Shown here one piece after another: positions 1 through 10,589 of a stretch of DNA of 25,007 nt (positions are counted from its first letter, which is position 1; each line of letters opens with the position of its first letter). A program made the position numbers and the translations under genes. Source of the DNA: Macrostomum lignano (lineage: Eukaryota); assembly GCA_002269645.1 (NCBI GenBank), contig NIVC01005140.1:1-25007 (forward strand), written 5' to 3'. The notes beneath the pieces were generated by a model that was not told the origin of the DNA, ran no database searches, and was given only the letters and a program-made list of their open reading frames with translations.

Positions 1-109
1 CGGTTATTAAAATGCAGCAAATTATTGGAAGAAGGCAGTTAGCCGACTAAAACACGTTTATGATTGTTTTCAATCACATTTCTGTACAGCAGGTAAAAGA
101 GGTTTAAGG

Positions 110-368
110 TCAAACATTTGCCTCCTCATTTTCATCTCCGATTGCTTTTTCGTCAGCAGCGGCAGCAGCGGCCTGCTCGCGTTCCAGTCGACGTTGGCGC
201 GCTTTGTCGTGCGCTGCGCGCAGCACATTCCGGCTTTGACGAAGCGCTTAGCGGCGTCGACATCGATACGCGGCTGGCGTGCTTTGTCGGCCTCAGCTTG
301 GACTCGACGCATCGGTCCGACAACTCGGTCAAGCTCGGAGCGAACGCTGTGCTTGCTAGGGTCTGGCC
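110..368 (-). CDS. C1D: C1D/Rrp47 (Sas10/C1D family) nuclear exosome cofactor, exon 2 (last coding exon), with two 1-nt frameshifts
   Basis: Acceptor ttccacctacgccAG ends at 369. Adding one G at about 362/363 and one at about 223/224 gives GQDPSKHSVRSELDRVVGPMRRVQAEADKARQPRIDVDAAKRFVKAGMWLRAAHDKARQRRLEREQAAAAAADEKAIGDENEEANV*, TGA at 112-110. This matches the C1D C-terminal half as recalled from human C1D (GVNPKEHPVKQELERIR...KLDRGAASRFVKNALW). Confidence 0.88.
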
Positions 369-469
369 CTGGCGTAGGTGGAATCCAACAATTACCCCTT
401 TTTAGCTATAATTTCAAATCAATTAAAATGCTTACTACGAAACATAAAGCTACTTAAAAACATATAGAT

Positions 470-612
470 ACATATCGGCTACTTTTATTACAAATTTCGA
501 TACATATCGGCTACTTCTAATAAACAAATTGATAAATATATCAGCTACATTAAATAAACATATCGATACATATCGGCCACTTTAAATAAACATCGATAAA
601 TATCAGCTAATG
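470..612. repeat. Degenerate ~35-bp intronic minisatellite (core GATACATATCGGCTACTT), with further units at about 833-885
   Basis: The core tacatatcggc(t/c)act recurs at about 470, 500, 570 and 843, with variants at about 535 and 597. The array is interrupted by the SINE. Confidence 0.75.
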
Positions 613-619
613 CTGGCAT

Positions 620-756
620 TTATTTTACAGCTGGTTGAACTGAAGCAATGCAATGTTAAGTGTCTTGCTTAAAGACACAAATTGTTTCAGTGGGATCGGG
701 ATTCGAACCCTCGACCTTTCAGTCGTGAGTCGGACGCTCTAACCACTAGGCTACCT
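620..756 (-). mobile_element. tRNA-derived SINE with CORE-like body in the C1D intron
   Basis: Minus strand has Pol III A box TAGCCTAGTGG (753-743) and B box GGTTCGAATCC (709-699). These are followed by GTGTCTTTAAGCAAGACACTTAAC...CAGCTGTAAAAT, resembling the MIR/CORE motif GTGACCTTGGGCAAGTCACTTAAC...CTGTAAAATGG. The cloverleaf stems do not pair well. Confidence 0.75.
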
Positions 757-897
757 ATTTGTTACTTGTAAAGAACAAAGATTCTATCCAGATGTCCCCC
801 ATCGGGGGGCGAAGATTGCTAGTCGGCTGCTAAAAATCTTGATACATATCGGCAACTTTCAATAAACATGTCGATACATATCGACACTCAATCTCAC

Positions 898-1154
898 CTG
901 GCAGCGCAGATAGACCCAGTAGAGAGCATTCATGCCGTAGAGAAAGGTGAGATCGAACTTCGCCTTCTCCAACGGCGTCATATCGGCCGTGCGCTCCTCG
1001 TACGGCTGTCGCATCACGGCGTCGAATGCCGACTCGACTCGTCGACGGAGCCGACAAGGCGCAGCAGATTCGCCCGGATCTCATCGGGAATCTCATCTAG
1101 CTGGCTGCCAGCGACACCGCCGCTGTCCGCTTCGAGATCGTCATCGACTTCCAT
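898..1154 (-). CDS. C1D: C1D/Rrp47 exon 1, with one 1-nt frameshift
   Basis: ATG at 1154 gives MEVDDDLEADSGGVAGSQLDEIPDEIRANLLRLVGSVDE. After adding one G at about 1039/1040 it continues VESAFDAVMRQPYEERTADMTPLEKAKFDLTFLYGMNALYWVYLRCQ, then donor CAG|GTGAGA at 897. This matches C1D [29 protein letters not shown]. The repaired protein is about 172 aa. Confidence 0.9.
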
Positions 1155-1261
1155 TGGCGATGTAGCTGTTATGAAGCTGACATGCAATATGAGGGACCAT
1201 TTGATGTACGTTGCTTCAACTATTGCAGACCAACAGTGACTAGTGAAGAGTGGAAACTGGT

Positions 1262-2515
1262 TAAGGGTGAACGGGGGAGAGTGAAGGGTGAACGGGGGAG
1301 AGTGAAGGGTGAATGGGGGAGAGTGAAGGGTGAATGGGGGAGAGTGAAGGGTGAATGGGGGAGAGTAAAGGGTGAATGGGGGAGAGTATAGGGTGAATGG
1401 GGGAGAGTAAAGGGTGAATGGGGGAGAGTAAAGGGTGAATGGGGTTGAATGAATGGTGAATGGGAAAGAGTAAATTGTGAATGGGGGAGAATGAATAGTG
1501 AATGGGGAAGAGCTAAGGGTGAACGGGGGAGAGTGAAGGGTGAATGGGGGAGAATTAAGGGTGAATGGGAAAGAGTGAAGGGTTAATGAGAGAGAGTGAA
1601 GAGTGAATGAGAAAGAGTGAAGGGTGAATGAGAAAGAGTGAAGGGTGAATGAGAAAGAGTGAAGAGTGAATGAGAGGGTGAAGAGTGAATGAGAAAGAGT
1701 GAAGAGTGAATGAGAGAGTGAAGAGTGAATGAGAAAGAGTGAAGAGTGAATGAGAAAGAGTGAAGAGTGAATGAGAAAGAGTGAATGAGAAAGAGTGAAT
1801 GAGAAAGAGTGAAGAGTGAATGAGAGAGTGAAGAGTGAATGAGAAAGAGTGAAGGGTGAATGAGAAAGAGTGAAGAGTGAATGAGAGAGTGAAGAGTGAA
1901 TGAGAAATAGTGAAGAGTGAATGAGAAAGAGTGAAGGTTGAATGGGAAAGAGTGAAGGGTGAATGGGGGAGAATGAAGGGTGAATGGAGGAGAGTGAAGG
2001 GTGAATGGGGAGAATGAAGGGTGAATGAGAAAGAGTGAGGGGTGAATGGGGAGAATGAAGGGTGAATGAGAAAGAGTGAGGGGTGAATGGGAAAGAGTGA
2101 AAGGTGAATGGAGGAGAATGAAGGGTGAATGGAGGAGAGTGAAGGGTGAATGGAGGAGAGTGAAGGGTGAATGGAGGAGAGTGAAGAGTGAATGAGAGAG
2201 TGAAGAGTGAATGAGAAATAGTGAAGAGTGAATGAGAAAGAGTGAAGGTTGAATGGGAAAGAGTGAAGGGTGAATGGGGGAGAATGAAGGGTGAATGGAG
2301 GAGAGTGAAGGGTGAATGGGGAGAATGAAGGGTGAATGGAGGAGAGTGAAGGGTGAATGAGGGAGAGTGAAAGGTGAATGGGGGATAGTGAAGGGTGAAT
2401 GGAGGAGAGTGAAGGGTGAATGGAGGAGAGTGAAGGGTGAATGGAGGAGAGTGAAGGGTGAATGAGGGAGAGTGAAGGGTGAATGGGGGAGAGTGAAGGG
2501 TGAATGAGAAAGAAT
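1262..2515. repeat. Purine-rich minisatellite, 19-21-bp units (GAGAGTGAAGGGTGAATGGGG / GAGAAAGAGTGAAGAGTGAAT)
   Basis: Tandem units are directly visible over about 1.25 kb between the UTP23 3' UTR and the C1D start. They explain the low-complexity 506-aa ORF. Confidence 0.97.
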
Positions 2516-2585
2516 GAAAAAAAGCAGCGTCCAAAAAACTACGATAATTGTCTAAATAGGTTTTAAAAAATCAAAGAATTTTTTT

Positions 2586-2591
2586 TTTAAT
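2586..2591 (-). terminator. Candidate polyadenylation signal ATTAAA for UTP23
   Basis: ATTAAA lies about 130 nt after the UTP23 stop, followed by T-rich sequence on the sense strand. It abuts a genomic A-run, so it may be fortuitous. Confidence 0.35.
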
Positions 2592-2719
2592 TAACGCAAG
2601 GCAAGACTAGATTTTACAATCTAAATTGCAATTAAAAATACAACTGACCGAATATATTTCGTATACTCAGAGACAGCAGAAACCAGTAGATATGTAAAAA
2701 ATGCAAATTCAAAATATTC

Positions 2720-3319
2720 CTACACCAGAAACTGCTGCTGCAACTGTTCGGCAATAAACTGCCTCACGTGCCACGGTCGTCGACTCCAGCCGGCACGTCG
2801 GCCGCGTTTACGACGCCGACAAATAGTCGACGACAAATCGACATTATTGTCAATGTTGCGGTGGACTTCATCGGATTTCTGTTGTTGTTGTTCTGTTTGT
2901 CTTTTTCTCTTCTTCTTCAAGCAGGACAGCGGGTTGGCGCCTCGTTGACGCCGTTTCAGGACGGAAGCGTCGACCGTGGCAGCAGCGGCGACGGCGGCAG
3001 CTTCGTCAGCTTCGGCGCGTAGGCCGCGTAGTCGACGTTCAGCAAGTAGTCGGCGAGTGTCGGCCGGCAGGCCGGTGAGCAGAGGCTGGCCGTGCTCAAG
3101 CAGCAGACAGGGCATGCCGGTCAATTCGTGAGCCAGTGAACGAAGCCGCTCGGAGTTCGACGCTAGCAATGGCCGCCAGTTCGGGTCGGAAGCCGAAACG
3201 CCGGAAGCTTCATCGACAGTCGGTTCCGTTGCTACTGGTCGCAGGGCTTTGGTTAGGCATCGAACAGCAGTGGTTGGCCGTTTATGATGACAGGGATGCA
3301 GTTCTAGACAGGACAGCAC
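2720..3319 (-). CDS. UTP23: UTP23 (PIN-domain small-subunit processome protein), exon 2
   Basis: Acceptor ctctatgccAG ends at 3320. The open frame VLSCLELHPCHHKRPTTAVRCL...LLASNSERLRSLAHELTGMPCLLL...RGANPLSCLKKKRKR carries the hallmark UTP23 motif (G/A)NPLSCLKKK. TAG is at 2722-2720. Confidence 0.93.
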   Translation of the reverse strand: MLSCLELHPCHHKRPTTAVRCLTKALRPVATEPTVDEASGVSASDPNWRPLLASNSERLRSLAHELTGMPCLLLEHGQPLLTGLPADTRRLLAERRLRGLRAEADEAAAVAAAATVDASVLKRRQRGANPLSCLKKKRKRQTEQQQQKSDEVHRNIDNNVDLSSTICRRRKRGRRAGWSRRPWHVRQFIAEQLQQQFLV

Positions 3320-3431
3320 CTGGCATAGAGACGGGTTTTTTTGGGGTGGCTGGCTGTCAATAACAGAGTTCAGACTGTCTACTCCATACAGAAGGCGGGA
3401 CAGAAAAAGGTGAAATGCTGGCAGCTAGAAT

Positions 3432-4080
3432 GACAGCAACAGTGTACTACAGTGACAGAAAATGTTACGCAATTACAGACGAAATGACAGCTACAGGCTA
3501 GTGTTACAGACACTGTGACAGCTACAGGCTAGTGTTACAGACACAATTGACAGCTACAGGTTACAGTGTTACAGAATACAGACACACTGACAGATACAGG
3601 CTAGTGTTACAGACACAATTGACAGCTACAGGTTACAGTGTAACAGACACACTGACAGCTACAGGCTACTGTTACAGACACACTGACAGCTACAGGCTAG
3701 TGTTACAGACACAATTGACAGCTACAGGTTACAGTGTTACAGACACACTGACAGCTACAGGCTAGTGTTACAGACGAAATGACAGCTACAGGCTAGTGTT
3801 ACAGACACACTGACAGATACAGGCTAGTGTTACAGACACACTGACAGGCACAGGCTAGTGTTACAGACACACTGACAGATACAGGCTAGTGTTACAGACA
3901 ACATGACAGCTACAGGCTAGTGTTACAGACAACATGACAGCTACAGGCTAGTGTTACAGACACAATGACAGCTACAGGCTAGTGTTACAGACATGACAGC
4001 TACAGGCTAGTGTTACAGGCACAGTGACAGATACAGGCTACAGTACAGACAACATGACAGCTACAGGCTACAGTATTACA
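3432..4080. repeat. ~29-31-bp minisatellite in the UTP23 intron (TGACAGCTACAGGCTAGTGTTACAGACACAC)
   Basis: Roughly 20 tandem degenerate units are visible, with no unique spacers. Confidence 0.95.
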
Positions 4081-4155
4081 GGCAGAATAAAAATAGGGGT
4101 AGACTACTAATAAAATTTATAGGAAAGCAGAGACAATTCAGAAAAAGCAACGAAC

Positions 4156-4400
4156 CTTAAGCGTCCCAGCCATCACTGGCCCAACAGTTGGCACTCTTTA
4201 ATGACGCATCGAGTTGTGCATAGGGCAAGATTCCGGCCATCCAACAGTCTGTGAAGCTGGTCGCTCATGTTCACCTTATGCCGCAGTGCCATCCTAGCGA
4301 AGCTGCTGTCAATCAGCACCGGTAGCGGATCAGCAAGGCCAAATGTCTCCGCGCAAGCGTCAAGAATACGACGATTACGTTTTAACTTTTTTGCGCGCAT
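4156..4400 (-). CDS. UTP23: UTP23 exon 1, with one 1-nt frameshift
   Basis: MRAKKLKRNRRILDACAETFGLADPLPVLIDSSFARMALRHKVNMSDQLHRLLDGRNLALCTTRCVIKECQLLG matches the UTP23 N-terminus (FG..EPYQILLDGTFC..AL...QL.....LCTTRCVLKEL). Adding one G in the run at 4180-4182 gives LGPVMAGTLK, then donor AAG|GTTCGT at 4155, in phase with exon 2. The repaired protein is about 281 aa. Confidence 0.92.
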
Positions 4401-4472
4401 TCTCTCAATTTATTGGCTTTGAAAGTTGCTGTAATGTAGATCAATATATCTAAAAACTACAAGTACTTGTTT

Positions 4473-4481
4473 CACTTCCGC
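4473..4481 (-). promoter_or_regulatory. ETS/GABP-type motif GCGGAAGTG upstream of UTP23
   Basis: CACTTCCGC on the plus strand lies about 75 nt upstream of the ATG. The motif is typical of TATA-less housekeeping promoters. It is a single short motif and function is not shown. Confidence 0.45.
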
Positions 4482-4551
4482 TTGTTGTGTCATTTTTAAT
4501 ACCTTAAATTAAGTAGAATATTTGACTAAGTTTGAGCCTTTTTATGAAATA

Positions 4552-5250
<699 letters not shown>

Positions 5251-6932
5251 AAGGACACAAACCGTAAGCAGGCCAGATTGCCATTGTGAAGTTTTAAAGG
5301 ACCAAAGGGCTGGATAAAGAGGCTTCGAGGGCTGCATATAGGCATAGCCTGCAGGCTGGATTTTACTGACCCATTTTATTCTTGTCTCTCTCTTTGATGA
5401 TGTCTCCATTCATCTATGTTTCCAATCAATTAAATAAGTTGAGGTTTGCTATTTTTCTCTCAATCTTTAACCCTCAACATGGATATTTATTTCTAATTCT
5501 AGATTAGTTTTCTTGTTGGATTGGGATATTTGAATCTAGACTTGATGTTGGTTAGACATTGGATAGAGGAGGGTGGAGTAGAAGTAGAAGAGCAGTGGGA
5601 GCAGAAGCAAAGGGAGGGAAGATGAAGCAATGGCAGAGCTTCATTCTCACTAAATGCCAACATATATATGATTTCTGCATTTCATTGGTGTTTGCTTTAT
5701 GCAAGGGGATCCTTACTATAGCATAAGCATGTGCTATATTTTCCAAATAGAAAAACTTTATTGAAATTAGCATTAGACTAAAAAATAGCACTGGATATAA
5801 TATGCTTAAATAAAGATCATTCTATGACCTATGACTTTAGTATCATTAGTTCTATGACTTTAGTAACTTTAATAACTTTAGTTCTATGACTTTAGTATTG
5901 ATTTGTATATCTATTTTAATATTTCACATTGGCAAAAAATGAGAATTGTTTAATAGAGATCTATACTATATACATGTATTATCATTTTTGTTTAAGCATA
6001 ATTTAAGAGTTAAGGCTAGGCCAATACCTATTTGACAGCCTAGGTATCTATTTATCTAGACTAGACTTTAGTGAAGGTCTTGTGGCTTGTCATGAATAAT
6101 AATTATTATTTATAGTCATAGGTCTAACTTTGTTATAACCCCATAAAAAGTTTAAAAACAAAAATAATGCTAAATAAGGTTCATAGTTTGGAAAGTCTTA
6201 AGTCTATATCTTAGAAAAAATGACCAATTTCTTAGTATAAGCCTAAACCAATGTATGCCTAACAGAACCTTATGCAAAGCTTTAAATTGTCATTATTAAT
6301 TTTATATAATAGTACTACTAGACTAGGCCTAGTGATTTTAATATTTAGTTTCAATTAGATAAAGTTAAAAACTAAAAATAATATTTATATTTGCATAAAA
6401 TTAAATTTTTACATATTAAAGATCATATTAAAGAACATATTAAAGTCATTAAAGAAAAAAACAAAATTATCATTATCTTATTAAAAACATAGTTCAAATC
6501 AATTTTGTTTTAAATAGTTATCAAATTTTAAAATTATAATGCATGGACAACTATTGAATACGATTGATAATGTAATTTATTTTATTTCTGGTATATGCTA
6601 TACACCAAAATACTAAATGTGTAATCCTATTATACCAAAAGCCCCAAGTATAAAAATCACTTTTTGTAGGCCTATACCAAATGTATAGTTGTATATATCA
6701 AATTTCTTAAATGTAGGGCCTACTCAAAAATTTCTAGCATATATGGCCTATGCTTTCTTTTGGACTATGAAAGACTTAAGCAAGGCTTAAATCTTTTATA
6801 CGTCAAGGCCCTAAGTCAAGGCCCTAGTAAACTATATACTTTACTAGGCCTAGCTAGCCTAGATAGGGCCTAGTCAAATATTTTTGAATATACACAAAAC
6901 TGTCAAAACATGATATATAGGCCTAAATTATA

Positions 6933-7599
6933 GGGACTAGTCATTTTGGTGACAAGCAAAAGTCATTCTAGTGACAGAAAATACTTTTAGGTAATATAGG
7001 CCTAGCCATTTTGTTTTTAACAGAAAATTACCTTGAAAATCTTAAGGGATATTGAACCATATCTTTTAAACAATTTTCTGGAAATTTCCCAATGGTTAGG
7101 TTGCTTTATTTAATTTTGTTGATTTACACTTAAAGAGTTGCAATCTTTTGAATTTATATGTTTTCTAATCCAATTCCAATGTGACCAAATATGTCTAGGC
7201 CTAGGCCTAGTGAATAAATAGGCCATCAATGCTTTTCTCATAGTCGGAATTTCATAAAGATTTTCTATAGGTTTATGGTTTATGTGTCTGAATATTTTGG
7301 GACAATTCAAAATAATCTGTACAAAAAGAAAACCCTATAATTAGTTTGATTTATTAACTTTTCTTACATACAATATTTAATGGGAATTTTTTAATTTGAA
7401 TGAAATATAAATCTTAACAAAAAAGCTACAAGCTGATATTCTGAAGCACCTCCTGTCACTAAACTGACAATATTCATAAATTCTTTATTTTTTTTAAAAT
7501 GAAATAAGTCGATAACAAAAGCAACTTGTCAACAAAACAACTATTTGTCACCAAAATGTCTGTCACTGAAATGACTTGTCACCAAAACAACTGGTACCC
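6933..7599. mobile_element. Non-autonomous DNA transposon (MITE) with GGG...CCC ends
   Basis: Left GGGACTAGTCATTTTGGTGACAAG and right CTTGTCACCAAAACAACTGGTACCC are imperfect inverted repeats. TTGTCACCAAAA / CTGTCACT subterminal repeats recur near the right end. AATTATA is directly repeated at 6926-6932 and 7600-7606 (AATTATAG if read as 8 bp). Confidence 0.65.
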
Positions 7600-7805
7600 A
7601 ATTATAGTATAGCCTATGGGTCAGTTTAGATTTGTTTTTATCAATAAATAAAATGACAATTTAGACAATTTAGACAAGTTTTCTAACTTACTTATTATCT
7701 GGGTTTTTTTTTTCGCCAGAGATAAGGTGCGAAATCGCACCTTGTGCCAAATTTCAAGGTGCGATTTTAAGGATCAGAGTGCAATTTCTCTTGAGTCTTG
7801 TTTAG

Positions 7806-10100
7806 AATGTGAGGGTTTCACGAGAGATATTCAGACAGACATTTGAAACGATCGTCTGTAACTTTAAACAAAATTGACCCGCTTCAACCATCTTTTTGGC
7901 AAATACTTACGCAAGTGTTGGGCGTCAAATAAGCTTTAATTTATTAACTGAAGTAAAAATCCTTCTGACATACATTGATTTAAAAATTGCTTAGCAACAC
8001 TAGCTCTGATTAGAAATCGCTTTACTGTTGACTAAAATTGTTTTGATCGTAGCAGCCTAAAAGCAGATACTGGATTTAAAAATGCTTTGATTTACTCTAT
8101 ACGCATGTCTCAGCTTTAAAATGACACCTCAGGCGTCGCAAAAGACAGCTTTGATGCTGAGATATTCGACACTAAACATGCATTGCTTTGCGCAATCTCA
8201 CATTCAGAAATTTCACTGATTTTTTGTCGATATTTGTGCAGCTGCCGTGTCCTTGTTTTTCATCAGAAACTTGTCAAATTCTAGTCATGTCCAGTTTAAA
8301 CCTGGACTTCTCTTAAACTGTCTTAAGTATTCGATTTTTAATGATTCCTGCCTTTATATTGCATAGATTGTACCTGAGTCAGTGAGTCTGTGAGTGTACA
8401 TTTGTACATTTGGCAACCAATCATGACTTTTTCACCGCTTTGCGGTTCAAATAAATATACGAGTGTACAAGAAACATGTTCTAACTGTTATTGAGAGAAA
8501 TTGACGTCGCGTTTATTAACAGTCAGTGGCAATTAATATGAAGCAAATAGTTTATTGTTATGTTTTTACTTTTTTTGCGTGGCAATTCTGCTATCCAAAT
8601 CGGAATGAGGTAAGCGGTGGGAATAAAATAAAAAGGAAGAATTTTTTCTACTGTTGTTGCAACCCAATAGCTATATGTACTTCAAACTTTTTAGATTGAA
8701 CAGGCGATTTCTAATGTACTGCTAAGCTTTCCAATCCCTACGGACTACAGTAGCAGTTCTTAACTTTTTTTCTGTCTTGACTTCTAGACTCGGAATTCGG
8801 AACAACCTAAGGAGCCGCATGAAAATATTTAATTGGATAAAGATATTTTCTAAAAACAGCTCAAGTCGTGACACATCTTCTTCTCACCTCAGTCCATCAA
8901 CTGCTGCTCCTTCTGAGACCAAAGCGATCGTGAAAGTAAAACAGATCAGTTTAGATCCCATGGCCATGAATACAACCATTTCAATTGTGAACCTGCTTTG
9001 CTTACAAGTACGAGCACTAGCCTTCCATTTGATGCCATTAGCTCACTTAACTCTGAAATAGTTCAAGGACGGTTCCAAATGTTGAGATCTGACGTAGAAG
9101 CAGTCCAATTTGTGGAAATTTATCAACTGGACTCCATGAATCACTCCAATGAAAGGCGGCGAATAGCTGTAGAATGTGTAAACAAGTTTAAGTGAGTCAC
9201 AAAAACCCCATTTACTGTAACTACATACACTTGTACGTTAGCAAGGCTCCATGCGATGGTTAATAAATGGAGAAGTAGACAAGCATCTGAACAAATATTG
9301 AATAAAAATCAGTGAAGTTTCCGAATGTGAGTTTGAGCAAAGCAATGTTTAGTGTCGAATATCTCAGCATCAAAGCTGTCTTTTGCAATGCCTGAGGTGT
9401 CATTTTAAAGCTGAGACATGCGTATAGAGTAAATCGAAGCATTTTTAAATCCAGTATCTGCTTTTAGGCTGCTACGATCAAAACAATTTTAGTCAACAGT
9501 AAAGCGATTTCTAATCAGAGCTAGTGTTGCTAAGCAATTTTTAAATCAATGTATGTCAGAAGGATTTTTACTTCAGTTAATAAATTAAAGCTTATTTGAC
9601 GCCCAACACTTGCGTAAGTATTTGCCAAAAAGATGGTTGAAGCGGGTCAATTTTGTTTGAAGTTACAGACAATCATTTTGAATGTCTGTCTGAATGGGTC
9701 TCCCTAAAACACGCCCCGCACCGCCCTGCAGCGCTACACATTAAAACAAATTGGACTATAACTAAAGACACTTCAGAATGCGTTTTCTGTTAAGCTTCAA
9801 GTTTCTATTAAATTTAGTTTTTTTTACTTTGAAATATAAAATTCGGTGAACAAAAAGTGATATTAATAATAATATTAATAAAATAATAATATTATAATTT
9901 AATAATGAAAACGAGAATATAAAAAATAATAATATTTAAAAAAATAAATAAAGATATTTATTCCATTACTATTTTAACTTTTCCTTGCAATCAAATACTG
10001 CATTGACAAAAAATGTTATAATGTGTAGCAGTTCGGGGCCCGGTGCGGGGCGTGTTTTAGGGAGCCTTTGTCTGAATATCTCTCGTGAAACCCTCACATT
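7806..10100. repeat. Long inverted repeat (~440-bp arms) inside the hAT element
   Basis: 7806-7837 is the exact reverse complement of 10069-10100. 7829-8244 is the reverse complement of 9283-9695 with scattered mismatches. The loop 8245-9282 is about 1.04 kb. No flanking TSD was found. Confidence 0.92.
9696..10068. mobile_element. MITE with 9-bp TSD (Mutator/MULE-like), inserted in the right arm of the long inverted repeat
   Basis: TGTCTGAAT occurs at 9687-9695 and 10069-10077 but only once in the left arm. Terminal inverted repeats (TIRs) of about 47 bp: GGGTCTCCCTAAAACACGCCCCGCACCG...CTACACATT versus AATGTGTAG...CGGTGCGGGGCGTGTTTTAGGGAGCCTT. The interior is AT-rich. A 9-bp TSD is characteristic of MULEs. 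Confidence 0.8.
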
Positions 10101-10589
10101 GCTCACATTTCAGACAACTGGGAATGTATATTTTAATATCTTACATAAGGCTTTAGCTATAGGCTATATCGCCTATATGACTTAATAGGATTTAAAGAGT
10201 TATTTTGTTTTATATTTTAAGGCAGTGCATAAAAAATAGCTTAAGCATGGTTAAGCCTTTAAAGAAAAATGGTTATAAGACCGCACCTAAACCGCACCTA
10301 CTTTTTTAATTTCAGGGTGCGATTTTAAAATTTAGGGTGCATACGCACACTCTGCGCACAAAAAAAAAACCCTGCTTATTATCTTATCAGTTGACCAATT
10401 TTCAAAATAAAAATATGGTGTCTTAATATAGTTATCTTAGTTAGATAGGCCCTAGGGCCTAAGTCTAAGACTAAGTACAGTACAGATACAGACCATGCAT
10501 CATGTGATAAAAATTAAAAAAAACTAAAATGATATAATATAGCGAATTCTAAATAATAAATAGGCATACATAGCCATATTAAAATTCCA

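Larger units (their letters stand above)
7699..10374. mobile_element. Non-autonomous hAT-type DNA transposon, 2676 bp
   Basis: Perfect 8-bp TSD CTTATTAT at 7691-7698 and 10375-10382. Termini are CTGGG-T10 and A10-CCCTG (consensus CAGGG). GGTGCG/CGCACC motifs are repeated subterminally at both ends. No transposase ORF is present. Confidence 0.88.

Noticed and set aside
695-756. Possible tRNA-Val(CAC) gene
   Set aside because: A and B boxes are good, but the anticodon and acceptor stems do not pair and a CORE-like body follows, so it is called a SINE.
118-1239. Plus-strand ORFs 118-405, 194-457, 868-1239 and 947-1165
   Set aside because: They are antisense shadows of GC-rich C1D exons.
1014-2534. 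506-aa minus-strand ORF of HSPPFTL repeats
   Set aside because: It is a translation of the minisatellite. Only the last ~40 codons from ATG 1154 are real C1D sequence.
2768-3363. Plus-strand ORFs 2768-3022 and 3136-3363
   Set aside because: They are antisense shadows of UTP23 exon 2.
3432-4080. Regular ~30-bp repeats superficially like a CRISPR array; ORF 3532-3765
   Set aside because: Units are head-to-tail with no unique spacers, lie in a spliceosomal intron, and have no cas genes nearby.
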